NCBI GenBank assembly: GCA_951406725.2
Contig: OX597822.1
Coordinates: forward strand, 71,176,001-71,240,000
Direction: 5' to 3'
Origin: Octopus vulgaris
Taxonomy: Eukaryota
DNA length: 64,000 nt
The position numbers and the translations under genes are program-made. Shown piece after piece: positions 23,561 to 35,829 of this stretch (position 1 is its first letter; each line of letters opens with the position of its first letter). The notes under the pieces were generated by a model, which was not told the origin of the DNA, searched no databases, and saw only the letters and a program-made list of their open reading frames with translations.

Positions 23561-24649
23561 GATTAATAAAGTCATAACTGAAGACAGCCACAGAAAGAAG
23601 AAAGGCCTCAGTATGGCCAGGATCGACTACAAAAAGGCGTTTGATAGCATCCCCCACACATGGATCCTCGAAACACTAGCCATTAACAAAGTAGCACCAA
23701 CAATTATAAAATTCATAGGACGCTCTATGAATAAATGGCAAACAGTGCTACAGCTCCAAACAAAAGAGGGACTTATGAAAACCAAAGTCATCCCCATTAG
23801 AAGAGGAATATTCCAGGGAGACACGCTCTCTCCACTCCTTTTCTGCTTGGCAATGTCACCTCTATCTGATATGCTAAATAGAACTGGATGCAGATATAAA
23901 TGTTACGGCAAAAAGATCAGCCACCTTTTATATATGGATGACCTAAAACTATACGCTGCAAATGACAAACAGCTGGAAACACTATTAAAGACAGTTCATG
24001 GATTTACCAAAGAAATAGATATGAAATTTGGATTAGAAAAATGCGCCAAAGTAACCCTGAAAAGAGGAAAACTAGTTAAGAGTAGCAACATCACACAAGA
24101 TAAAACCAATGAAATAAAAGAATTAGACCAAAGCCAAACTTACAAATACTTAGGAATCCATGAACTAGATAAGACACAACACACACAAACGAAAGAGAAA
24201 ATAAAAAAAGAATATTATAGACGAGTTAGATCAATACTAAAAACAGAGCTCAATGCTAAAAACAAGATAATAGGTATTAACACTTTAACTGTCCCAGTTA
24301 TAAGTTACAGCTACAATATCCTTAACTGGACACTAAATGAACTGACCAAAATAGATAGAAAAACAAGAAAAATAATGACAGGATTTAGGATGCATCACCC
24401 AAAATCTGCATTAGAAAGACTATATATACAACGTATAGAAGGTGGTAGACAAATACATAACAAAAACACCAGGACTTACAAACACATATAACATACAGAA
24501 AATTGCACTACTAGGCACTGCACACATCCTACGCAGAACACTTTCCATACAATAACCATCAGAGCATCACAACAACTCACAGCACATACCCAAGGCACAC
24601 AGAGCTTCGCTCGGTAGTGAAGTGAAAGCACGCTATAAAAGTAAAACTA

Positions 24650-24655
<6 letters not shown>
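23561..24655 (+). mobile_element. R4/Dong-like LINE RT fragment with internal deletion
   Basis: IDYKKAFDSIPH, RGIFQGDTLSPLLF, HLLYMDDLKLYA and YKYLG. After RLYIQRIEGGR the sequence jumps to the C-terminal IQKIALLGTAHILR. Ends in (TAA)n. Confidence 0.88.
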
Positions 24656-24685
<30 letters not shown>

Positions 24686-24688
<3 letters not shown>

Positions 24689-25090
24689 GCAAGTATAAAG
24701 ATCTTGAAATAGAAATTAGCAAAATGTGTAACCTGAAGACTAATACAATACCTGTTGTCATAGGTGCCCTGGGAATGATAGCAAAAGGGGCTGATTGCTA
24801 CCTAGCTGAGATACCAGGAAACCCCAAAATGGCAGAAATTCAAAAGATAGTGCTCATGGGGACTGCCCATATCCTACACAAAATACTTTCTATGTAATCT
24901 CAAGTTTTAAAACTAACACAATTTTCTTATGGCTTCTTAAACATTCTCTAGAACAACACTATGTACAAAGCCAAATATATGGCACCCTAGGCATAGCACC
25001 AACATGAACTTCCAACTTGTTGTCTCTTGAGGTCTCTGGGTGAGACTTGGAGCCAACTTGTACAACTGTAAAGCAAAAGTCAAACATAAA
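24686..25090 (+). mobile_element. Third R4/Dong-like 3' end fragment
   Basis: SKYKDLEIEISKM..L....IPVVIGALG...IQKIVLMGTAHIL, between (TAA)n tracts. Confidence 0.8.
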
Positions 25091-25107
25091 ATAATAATAA
25101 TAATAAC

Positions 25108-25286
25108 ACTGAAGAATACCTTAGGAATGAGAACCTAGGTTCAAAATTTCCTCAAGACACTTGATGAAGGCTGGAGGGTACATCAGCTGAAACATGTTAA
25201 CAGCAAACAAGATGAGGACAAATATCCTTCAAATGTAAATAATGTAAATAATGGACATAATTCCTCATCTCTTAAATATAGAACTG
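25108..25286 (+). mobile_element. Hammerhead element, headless copy
   Basis: taccttaggaatgagaac...acttgatgaaggctggagggtacatcagctgaaac...cctcatctcttaaatatagaactg. Confidence 0.8.
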
Positions 25287-25337
25287 AATTGAGAAAGATC
25301 TTAACCATTTAACATTCACATTACTCTCTCAAATGTT

Positions 25338-26237
25338 GTCAGTGTGTGCACACGAGAGAGTGTAAGCACCCTGAGAGAAATGTTGGACATAAGAAGCATT
25401 GGACGTGGCATGCAAGAGAGATGTTTGCACTGGTATGGTCATGTATTACGGATGGATGAGGAGAGTTGTGTGAAGAAGTGCCACTCCCAAACAGTGGAAG
25501 GAACCCGTGGTAGAGGTAGACATAGGAAAATATGGGATGAGGTGGTGAAGCATGATCTTCAAACATTGGGCCTCACAGAAGCAATAATGAAAGACTGAAA
25601 CCTCTGGAGATATGCTGTGACTGAGAAGACCTGGCAAATAAAGTGAGATCACAGCTGTAGCCTACACCAGTGTCACATAACCAGCCCACTCAAAAACGTA
25701 TCTTTGGATCGTAGGGCGACATACTGTGCTTGAGGAGACCTATTGAGTCAAGTACATTAACATCAAAATCAAATCAAACCACAATCAAATGGAAATTGTA
25801 GTTATGGCTGATGCCAGCGCCACCTGTCTGGCTTCCTGTACCAGTGGAACATAAAAAGCACCATCCAAACGTGGTCGATGCCAGCCCTCTTGCCCTGACT
25901 GGCTCCTGTGCTGGTGGAGCATAAAAAGCACTATCTGAATGTAGCTGATGCCAGTGTTGCCTTGACTGGCTCCCATGCTGGTGGCATGTAAAAGCACCAT
26001 CCAAACGTGGTCGATGTCAGCCCCCTCTAGCCCCTGTGCTGGTGGCACATAAAAAACACCCACTACACTCTTGAAGTGGTTGGCGTTAGGAAGGGCATCC
26101 AGCTGTAGAAACACTGCCAGATCACATTGGAGCCTGGTGCAGCCTCCTGGCTTCCCAGACCCCAGTTCAACCGTCCAACCCATGCCAGCATGGAAAACAG
26201 ACGTTAAACAATGACGACGACGATGATGATGATGATG
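25338..26237 (+). mobile_element. RTE LINE 3' fragment
   Basis: QERCLHWYGHV...GRGRHRKIWDEVVKHDL, degenerate UTR repeats and (GAT)n tail. Confidence 0.85.
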
Positions 26238-26561
26238 AATGTTTTGAATTAATCATGATTTATCTCGTAGCTTTAAGATTTTAATGGTGTGACTTTATTT
26301 TTTCGAATGACATTATAGGTTAGGTTCAGAGGTCAAATCCAGCCAGTTTGGACATAAAAAAAAAGATGCAATACGCATAAATTTTCAAAGCTCATTGCTA
26401 AATGTGGGAATCACCACAGTAATGAAAAATTGTTTCATTTTCTGCCAAAAACAGTTTTGGTATTCTTATATTCTTTGACTGGTGTAATTACACTCATTAA
26501 TAGTTAAGACTTGGTTGGAATTTACTAGCATTCTATCGGTTATAATCAACAGAGCAGCTTA

Positions 26562-26968
26562 CTCTTTTACTTGTTTAAGTCGTTTGACTGTGGCCATGCT
26601 GGAGCACCACCTTTAGTCAAGCAAATCGACCCAGGACTTATTCTTTGTAAGCCTAGTACATATTCTATCGGTTTCTTTTGCCGAACTGCTAAGTTATGGG
26701 GACGTAAACACACCAGCATTGGTTGTCAAGCGATGTTGGGGTGGGGTGGGGACAAATACAGACATACAAACAGACACACGCATACATATATATGTATATA
26801 TACATATGACAGGCTTCTTTCAGTTTCCGTCTACCAAATCCACTCACAAGGCTTTGGTTCGCCCGAGGCTATAGTAGAAGACACTTGCCCAAGATACCAC
26901 ACAGTGGGACTGAACCTGGAACCATGTGGTTTGTAAGCAAGCTACTTACCACACAGCCACTCCTACGT
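26562..26968 (-). mobile_element. SINE family A
   Basis: Family consensus. Confidence 0.85.
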
Positions 26969-28019
26969 CTGTGCAAATAAATATTCCCATCTGTGTAGTA
27001 TACTTAATGTATATGTGCCATTTAATGGCATGTATTTTTGTATCAGAGAAACTCTCTTCCAAGACATGTTGAGTTAAAAACACAATATATATCAGAACAA
27101 AGTGAATATTGTCTTGGCAGTGATTCACAAGAATGTCAGATGAGTTTCAGGCTTCTTGGGCCTTGTTAATGATGTGTATCCACTTACCACATACCTAAAC
27201 AAAATTTATCTCCTTCAATATATAGAGAACAGTGATAATGTTTGTCTTATTCTATAAATGAGGCAAACATTATCACAAAATGTCTATGAAGAGATTTTTC
27301 TCTCAGGCAAAAACCACAGCATTTTGCCTTTCAATGATGTATATACATTTAGTATGGTATGCTGATAGCTATTTTAATCTAATGTTGTTTCTGTTGCATA
27401 CACAAAAATAAAAAAAAATTCCTCTTACAAACATTATTGTATATGCAACTGAAAGAGAGACTTCAATGATTAGTCTTCATAATAGATTTAAAAAGAGCAA
27501 TTCCATAAAAAGATAGAAAAAATAGAAAAATTGAAAAATATTTTTTCTATGCACTGTAATATTCTTAGGCGTTATTTAGCTGCAAAGAAGCTTAGTGATT
27601 AAATACAGGAAACTTCCTAAACTGTAATCAAATCAGTACATAAACACATATTTTGACAACTTTACTATGAAAGCTAAGATGAATTTGGGCAACTTTTAAT
27701 GCCTGCTGAGATTAGATGGCTTCAGAAATGAAATGATTTGTAAGGTTTTTATATTCTTTATGATTCAATTATTTTTCTTTAATTTGTGGATGGAGCATCT
27801 TGGAAACAGGTATTACTTACCTTTCTGATACTTTTAACAATTTGAAGGAAGTCAAAATTAAATTGCAAGAAAACAAACTGACCGTTATTAAAGCAAAAAC
27901 AATAATAATTTGTTAGCAAAATATCAATTAACGAGAATATTATGGTAAGCAGAGACTTCTGTTATTTTCTTGATCTAAAAGTATTTGTAACACATATTCT
28001 GATAATTTGCATTTAACAA

Positions 28020-28600
28020 TTTTTGGGGAGGGCGCCAGTCAATTAGAACAACCCCAGTATGCAACTGGTACTTAATTTATCAACCCCGAAAGGATGAAAG
28101 GCAAAGTCGACCTCAGCGGAATTTGAACTCAGAATGTAAAGACAGACGAAATACTACTATGTTGCTAAGCATGCTAATGTTTCTTATTTCTTTATTGCCC
28201 ACAAGGGGCTAAACACAGAGGGGACAAACAAGGACAGACAAACAGATTAAGTCGGTTACATCGACCCCAGTGTGTAACTGGTACTTAGTTTATCGACACC
28301 AAAAGGATGAAAGGTAAAGTCGACCTCGGCGGAATTTGATTTCAGAACGTAACGGCAGACGAAATACCTGTTTCTTTATTACCCACAAGGGGCTAAACAT
28401 AGAGGGGACAAACAGGGACAGACAAACGGATTAAGTCGATTACATCGACCCCAGTGCGTACCTGGTACTTAATTTATCAACCCAAAAATGATGAAAGGTA
28501 AAGTCAACCTAGGCGGAATTTGAACTCAGAACGTAGCGGCATACGAAATACTCCTAAGCATTTCGCCTGGTGTGCTAATGCTTCTGCCAGCTCGCCACCT
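28020..28600 (-). mobile_element. Tandem multimer of SINE family B
   Basis: Three reverse-complement units. Confidence 0.85.
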
Positions 28601-28831
28601 AGCATTTAACAAAAACTGATGTAGTAATGTTATTATCTTCAGCTTTGAAGAAAGACATGCAAACTAGATTTAAAGATCTGGAAGAGCTAAGATTATGTAA
28701 ATGGACAGTAATTCCATATTAAGCCATCACAGACAATATTGCTCCAGATTTTTCTCAAGAACTAATAGTCTTTTCAAAATGATTTTGAAACTCAGCTTCT
28801 ATTTGAACAAGATGGTTATAAAAAATTGTGG

Positions 28832-29398
28832 TTTAAACCTTAGTACTGAGATCACTTTGTTAAATGTAATGCGTATTTATTCACATTGTTTTTGAATTAA
28901 TCATGCATTATCTTGTAGCTTCAAGATTCAAAGATGTGTTTGTATATTTTTAGAATGACATTGTAGGGTAGGTGTGAAGGGCTGGATCTCTTATACTCTT
29001 TTACTTGAATCAGTCATTTGACTGTAGCCATGCTGGAGCACCACCTTTAGCCAAAGGAATTGACCCCAGGACTTATTCTTTGTAAGCCTAGTACTTATTC
29101 TATCAGTCTGTTTTGCCGAACAGCTAAGTTATGGGGACGTAAACACACCAGCATCGGTTGTCAAGCGATGTTGGAGGGACAAACAGACACACAAACATAC
29201 GCACACATATATATATACATATATATACACACATGCATATACACATATACATATACATATATATATATTTATATACATACATATATATATACATACATAC
29301 ATATATACATACATATATACATACATATATACATACATACATATATACATACATATATATATATATATACATACGTATATACATACATATATACATAC

Positions 29399-29461
<63 letters not shown>

Positions 29462-29700
29462 CATACATACATACATACATACGACGGGCTTCTTTCAGTT
29501 TCCATCTATCAAATCCACTCAAATGGCTTTGATCGGCCTGAGGCTATAGTAGAAGATACTTGCCCAAAGTGCCACGCAGTGGGACTGAACTCAGAACCAT
29601 GTGGTTCGTAAGCAAGCTACTTACCACATAGCCACAGTTTTAACATAAAACAGGTAGAATATTTGGGCCGGATATGGCTGGATAAAATGCTAAAGAGTTA
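28832..29700. mobile_element. piggyBac-type MITE interrupted by SINE family A (28995-29635)
   Basis: Ends ttaaaccttagtact... and ...gggccggatatggctggataaaatgctaaagagtta. A related split copy lies at ~25303-25335 plus 26238-26360. Confidence 0.55.
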
Positions 29701-31869
29701 TGCAACAAAATAAATCCCCTGCTTTTGAAAGGAAATAAAGTATTTTTAACATTTTTCCCTCTCATACCTGGTTGAGAAAAGATTCAGCATTGTATTACAG
29801 CAAAATATATAATAAATATGCAAAAGGAAAGGGGACTGCATCCCCTGATGAAAATGGTAGGCCTACAAGAGTCATGTGCCAGAGCCACATAATAAGCACT
29901 TGTGCTGGGGGTCACGTAAAAGTGCTCCTGCTTGTGCCACGTTAAAAAGCACCCAGCAGATACTGGTGGTTGGTGTTAGGAAGGGCATCCAGCTGTAGAA
30001 ACCATGCCAAATTAGGCTGGAACCTGGTGCAGCTCTCCAGTTTACCATCTTTGGTCAAACCATCCAACCCATACCAGGTGCCAGGTAAAAGCACTTGTGG
30101 CAGTTTCACATTAAAAACACACAGCACACTCTGTAAACTGGTTGGCATTAGGAAAGGCATCCAGCTGTAGAGACCATGCCAAACCGAACTGGCACCTGGG
30201 GCAGCTCTCTGGCTTGCCAGCTCTGGTGAAACTGTCCAACCCACACAAGTGTGGAAAATGGACGCTGAAGGATGGTGATTAAAGACTCAAGACTCTGATA
30301 AATATCAAACCTGATATTTTCGAATTAACAAAAATCTCATCAAGGTAGCCATTAACGATTTTTCAGTTATTAAATATTGTTTTGGGAATATAATGAATCG
30401 TTAAATATCTTAAAGTATTTTGCATTTAATTTTTAAAACTTTAATCTTAATGACAAATACTGATATATGTGATTGATTTGTTAATGTCAATAATAAGCTA
30501 ATAGCATTTCATTTAAATTCTATATCGTAATTGATCGTTTTGTTTCTTTTCTTTATTATGTGCACTAATTTCACTAATGATACAAATGCAAATTTGTCGT
30601 TATGCAAGTTGTCGCCTTCTTTAGTAATATCTAGAAAACGTTTCATGGAATAGCTGTGTGGTTAGGAAGCTCACTTAGCAATCATATGGCTTCAGGTTCA
30701 GTCCCACTGTGATGCCTTGGACAAGTGTTTTTTTTTTTTATTTTAGCCCTAGGCTGATCAATGTCTTGAGAGTGGATTTGGTAGATAGAAACAGTGTGGT
30801 AAGGCGGCAAGCTGGCAGAAACATTAGCATACCGGGCGAAATGCTTAGCGGTATTTCGTATGCCGTTACGTTCTCAGTTCAAATTCTGATGTAAGTACTG
30901 TATAGAGGCAATAAGATCTTGGCAAGTTGAATTTGCAATGCAGGATCAAATTCTAGCTGAACCTTTTTACTTTTTTTCTTATTCTACATTTATTGGTCAT
31001 AATCAATAACCTGGAAAGGCAACGAGCTGGCAGAAACATTAGCACATAAGGCAAAATGCTTAGCAGTATTAGTATTTCGTCTGCTGTTACATTCTGGGTT
31101 CAAATTCTGCCATGGTCGACTTTGCCTTTCATCCTTTCGCAGTCGATAAATTAAGTACACTGGGATCGATGTAATCAACTTAATCCCTTTTTCTGTCCTT
31201 GTTTGTCCTCTCTATGTTTAGCCCCTTGTGGGCAATAAAGAAATAAGAAACAGTGTGGAAGCCCATCATACACACACACATAAACACAAATACAGACAGA
31301 CATTCATACTTGAATATGGTGGTAATGATGCTGACAATGACAATAATGATACTGGTGGAGGTGGCGGCGGTGTTAGTGGTAATGATGATGATAATGATGA
31401 TGATGATACTGCTAGTGGTGGTGGTGGGGGTAATGATGATGATGATGATGGTGGTGCTGGTGATAAAGAAATTAGAATACACATCACAGCAACATTCTTG
31501 GGTTTCTGGAAGTTTGAACCATCATTACCACATGTATAATGAGTATAACCATTAACATTCTAGATCATAATTCTTTGGCATATTGTTTATTTTGGCATTT
31601 ACCATCAACCATGCAGGACTTATTGGGATTATCTCTACTACATGAACCATGCAAGCATACATTTTATAACAGTTTAAATAGTTCCTGGTTATGTTTCTGA
31701 ATTTAGCAGTTTTGCAAATATCAGGTTGGTGCATAAGTAATGGCTGATTTTTTAGAAAACAATTTTAGATAGTATTCTTTTTAAACTGTGACTATTGCAA
31801 TGTTTTAAGAATGTCACAATGACTAATTTATACATTTTCTTTCAGATTCTGATTTTATTGGCCATAATC

Positions 31870-32100
31870 CTCATCATCATCATCGTTTAACATCCGCTTT
31901 CCATGCTAGCATGGGTTGGATGATTTGACTGAGGACTGGCGAACCAGATGGCTGCACCAGGTTCCAATTGGATCTGGCAGAGTTTCTACAGCTGGATGCC
32001 CTTCCTAACACCAACCACTCCAAGAGTGCAGTGGGTGCTTTTACGTGCCACCAGCATGAGGACCAGTCAGGCGGTACTGGCAACGGCCACACTCAAATGG
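31870..32100 (-). mobile_element. RTE-tail SINE or LINE 3' end
   Basis: Reverse complement of the RTE 3' end with (GAT)n tail. Confidence 0.8.
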
Positions 32101-32833
32101 TCTTCTGTTATATTCACACCTGTGTTCATCCCATCTACATATCACATTAGACATGTCTTACTCCATGTGTTTCACAAAGGTGTCAATGCAAGCACAGCAG
32201 CAAAGTCTCTTCAGAGAGTTTATGGGGATGATGTAGTGAAAGAAGTTGCACGAGATGGTTTTCTTGCTACAGAAGTAGAAATTTGAGTGTGAAAGACGAG
32301 CCAAAAGAAGGTTGTTCAAAAAGAAAAGCCAATTACTACTTGTAGAGAACTTGCAGAATAGTTTAACATAGCCCGAACAACTGTTCTACACCAACTGAAA
32401 AGGATCGGAAAGGTTTTAGTGGTTGGAAAAAGGGTCCCACAGAAACAGTCTCCAGAGAATCTGCAACAGTGTATGGTTTGTTGTCAGTCATTGCTTTCAT
32501 GACACCTTAAGGAACCATTTTTAGGAAGGCTTGTTACAGGTAATGAGAAATGGGTCCTTTACCATTATGTTAAATGCCACCAATTATGAATCAGTTGAGG
32601 AGAAAGTCCTGTTCAACAACCAAGAAGAGGACTTCATCCAAGGAAGATCATGTTGAGTGTATGGTGGGATATTGAAGGAATTGTCCATTATGGATTGTTA
32701 GACAACAATCAAAGAATTACTGTTATCTCTATTGTGATGAACTACATTGTTTGAAAGCTGTTTTGAACAGAAAGTGACCCTGTTTAGTAAACAAAAAGAG
32801 TGCCATCTCACACCATAATAATGCTTGTTCTTA

Positions 32834-33277
32834 TTAACATTACTTACAATTGACAGATATTTGTCCTCATCTTGTTTGATCTTAACACAACATTTCAGCT
32901 GATATACCCTCCAGCCTTCATCAGGTGTCTTGGGGAAATTTCGAACCTGGGTTCTCATTCCTAAGGTATTTTTCAATGTTGTTGTTGTTATTATTATTAT
33001 TATTATTATCATTATTATTCAGGTCACTGCCTGGAATCGAACTCAGAATCTTGGGGTTAGTAGCCTGCGCTCTTAACTACTACAGCATATGCTTGAATAA
33101 TAACAACAACAACAACATTGAAAAATACCCTAGAAATGAGAACCCAGGTTCGAAATTTCCCCAAGACACCTGATGAAGGCTGGAGGGTATATCAACCGAA
33201 ACGTGTTAACAACAGACAAGATGAGGACAAATATCCGTCAAATGTAAATAATTCCTCATCTCTTAAACATAGAACTG
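32834..33277. mobile_element. tRNA-headed hammerhead element, inverted dimer insertion inside mariner
   Basis: Minus copy with tRNA head (33020-33092) plus a plus copy (~33115-33277). TSD aatgcttgt(t/c)ctta at 32820-32833 and 33278-33291. Confidence 0.85.
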
Positions 33278-34112
33278 AATGCTTGTCCTTACACAGCTCG
33301 ACTGACCAAAGATCTCTTGGAAGAGCTTGGTTTGGAAATATTGCTTTATCCTCTATATTCTCCAGACCTTGCTGATTATCAGTTGTTTTAGGGACTACAG
33401 AACCCTTTGAATGATCTTAGATTGACATCAAGAGAATAGGTTGAAAATGAGTTGGCTTTGTATTTAGCATCAAAACCTAAACAATTTTACCAGAGTGGCA
33501 TTTATAAGCTTGTTGATAGATGGAATGAAGTTCTAGAAAACAATGGAAATTAGGTTAATGAATAAATATTGTCTTAATCATGAGCTTTTTCATTTAATAG
33601 AGACCTTGAAATCAGCCATTTCCTTTGCACTAACCAGTTACAAATCTATCATATTCTTCTAGATTTAACTTAAATTATCCTTTTTTTACTTTATTACAAT
33701 GGAGTAGGCTATATTTCTAAAATTTTATAGTCTATAAATGCCTTGCCATTTCTCTGAAATGTCCGTTTTCAATACATCAATATATCTTAAAGCTTTGTAT
33801 CATTGATGCTGTTTGTAAGATCTGATCCACCAGATGCCGTTTGCCCTGGTTATGGTTCTTCTGCAATTACTTTGTATTTCTACTTATACGCGAATGTAAG
33901 TTTTTCTTGAATTTCATACAATTGCCATGAAGTCTTAATGTAGGGCCTCCATCCATTTTGAGTGCTGTACAAGGGTTTGTAAATCTGATAATTCTTTTAT
34001 CAATATTTACCATTTCAGAGAATATATGATCATAAATAGTTTAATACAATTCAACTCCAAGTTGTTTTTGAGTAGATCTTATCCACTCAAATCCATCTCA
34101 TTCAACAATGAA

Positions 34113-34155
<43 letters not shown>

Positions 34156-34215
34156 GTAGTAGTAGTAGTAATAATACCACCACCACCAACAACAACAACA
34201 ACAACAATAATAATA

Positions 34216-35055
34216 TGCCCAGCTGACAACAAGGTATACGATAAGGAAGAAAGAAATGTTGAACGATATGACAGGTTAGCTTGGGAAGTTAAGCAGTTGT
34301 GGTCGATGGAAAAGGTAGCAGTAGTACCAATAATTGTTGGAACCCTGGGAACAGTGAGTAAAAATCTTGAGAAGTATATGGAACAAATAGGGGCTGCAAT
34401 AAGGGTGGAGCACCTGCAGAAAACAACACTGCTTGGAACCGCTCGAATACTCCGGAAGGTGCTCGAAAAATAAGGGGTGTTACTTTAGTTCACTGGTCGC
34501 GAATAGCTGACACTGTATTACATCTCCAGTGTTAGTTGTGCAAAGGCAATGATAATAATAATGATAATAATAATAATATTTTCTTATGGTTTCTTAAACA
34601 TTCTCTAGAACAACCCTATGTACAAAACCAAATATATGGCACCCAAGGCATAACACCAACATGAACTATTTTTGATAGCAAAAGGGGCTGATATCTGAGC
34701 TAGGTAGCAATCAGCCCCTTTTGCTATCATTCCCAGTACCAGTGATTGTATGATCTCTAGGAATGATAAAAAAAAGGTACTGAGACCTATTTGAAAATGA
34801 TACCAGGCTTACCATCCCTACAGGAAGTGCAAAAAATCATATTAACTGGAATGACTCATGTACTGAGAAGAGCATTATCGCTGTGAAAACAACATCCATT
34901 CATGAATTTATTTATTTATTAATTTTTTTATATACATATTTTACCTGTGAATGTGCGTGTGTAATCTGGGAATGCATACAGTGAGCATCGCTGCCCTAGG
35001 TGTATGGAAAACACTCGATGAGAAATGGAAAAAAAATTTGAAGAAAGAAGGAAAA
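34216..35055 (+). mobile_element. Cluster of R4/Dong-like 3' fragments in (TAA)n tracts
   Basis: CPADNKVYDKEE..VERYDRLAWEVKQLW...VVPIIVGTLG...LQKTTLLGTARILR. Further fragments share sequence with 24770-25010. Confidence 0.75.
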
Positions 35056-35079
35056 TAATAATAATAAAAATAATAAGGG

Positions 35080-35400
35080 TCTTGAATGACCAAGGGATTG
35101 CACCTAGAAAGTTTCCCTCTGAACCAGAAGTCTAAGCAAGGTTGTTTATGGAAGACTAGCAGTTGCCGATGAATAAAAGTCTCCCCTCTCCCCACCACTG
35201 ATGCTATCCAAGGGAAATGCAAGGACTGACACAGCTTGGCACCAGTGATTTTGCAGCTCATTTTTACAGCTGTGTAAACTGGATTGATGTGAAATAAAGT
35301 GTCTTGCTCAAGAACACAGCAGACAGCCCGGTCTGGGAATCAAACTCACTGTCTCATGATTGTGAGCCCAATACTCTAACCACTGAGCCATGCATCTTCA
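35080..35400 (-). mobile_element. tRNA-derived SINE (family C)
   Basis: Minus-strand head tggctcagtggttagagt...gagtttgattcccagaccgg, then gtgttcttgagcaagacactt. Confidence 0.7.
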
Positions 35401-35788
35401 CATAATAATAATAATAATAATAATAAGAGAAGGATTAAAAACATAAAAGAAGCTGCATCTATTTGCGATGGACGCATGAATGTAATGTGAGTCCAGGAAT
35501 GGATTTTGCTATGAAGTCACAGTGGGGACATTCATGATTTTGATCTTGCTTGGGATTGGACAAATCTGTTTGTTGATTGCAGGATATAATTCTTTTATTG
35601 TTCTGTTTCTTCAACCGAAATTGTTTAGATGCATCAATGACACATTTTATACCGCTCAGATCGATGTAGGCAATAACTTTCCCAAGATGTTAAATTAAGC
35701 AATTGAGATTTTAGTGATTGTTTCAACTTATCCTTATACCTAAGGAGAGGGCTTCCTTTACCATGGAATCCTTCTATTATAATGATGT

Positions 35789-35826
<38 letters not shown>

Positions 35827-35829
35827 GTG

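Larger units (their letters stand above)
22343..30355 (+). pseudogene. Fragmented hAT (Charlie/SCAND3/Buster-like) transposase, split by nested insertions
   Basis: Collinear motifs: KRKCWQYLDDYLQY..IP..QLPM (~22345), SKLIAKCG (~26390), MHCNILRRYLAAKKLS (~27550), EIRWL (~27710), YLSDTFNNL (~27815), FP.SYLVEKRFS (~29755) and IKPDI...SH* (~30300-30355). Confidence 0.75.
31721..33638 (+). mobile_element. Mariner transposon relic with two nested insertions
   Basis: TIRs tcaggttggtgcataagtaatggctgattt / aaatcagccatttcctttgcactaaccagt. Motifs HIRHVLL..F.KG.NA, LVTGNEKWV, LHPRKIMLSVWWD and YSPDL. Confidence 0.85.
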
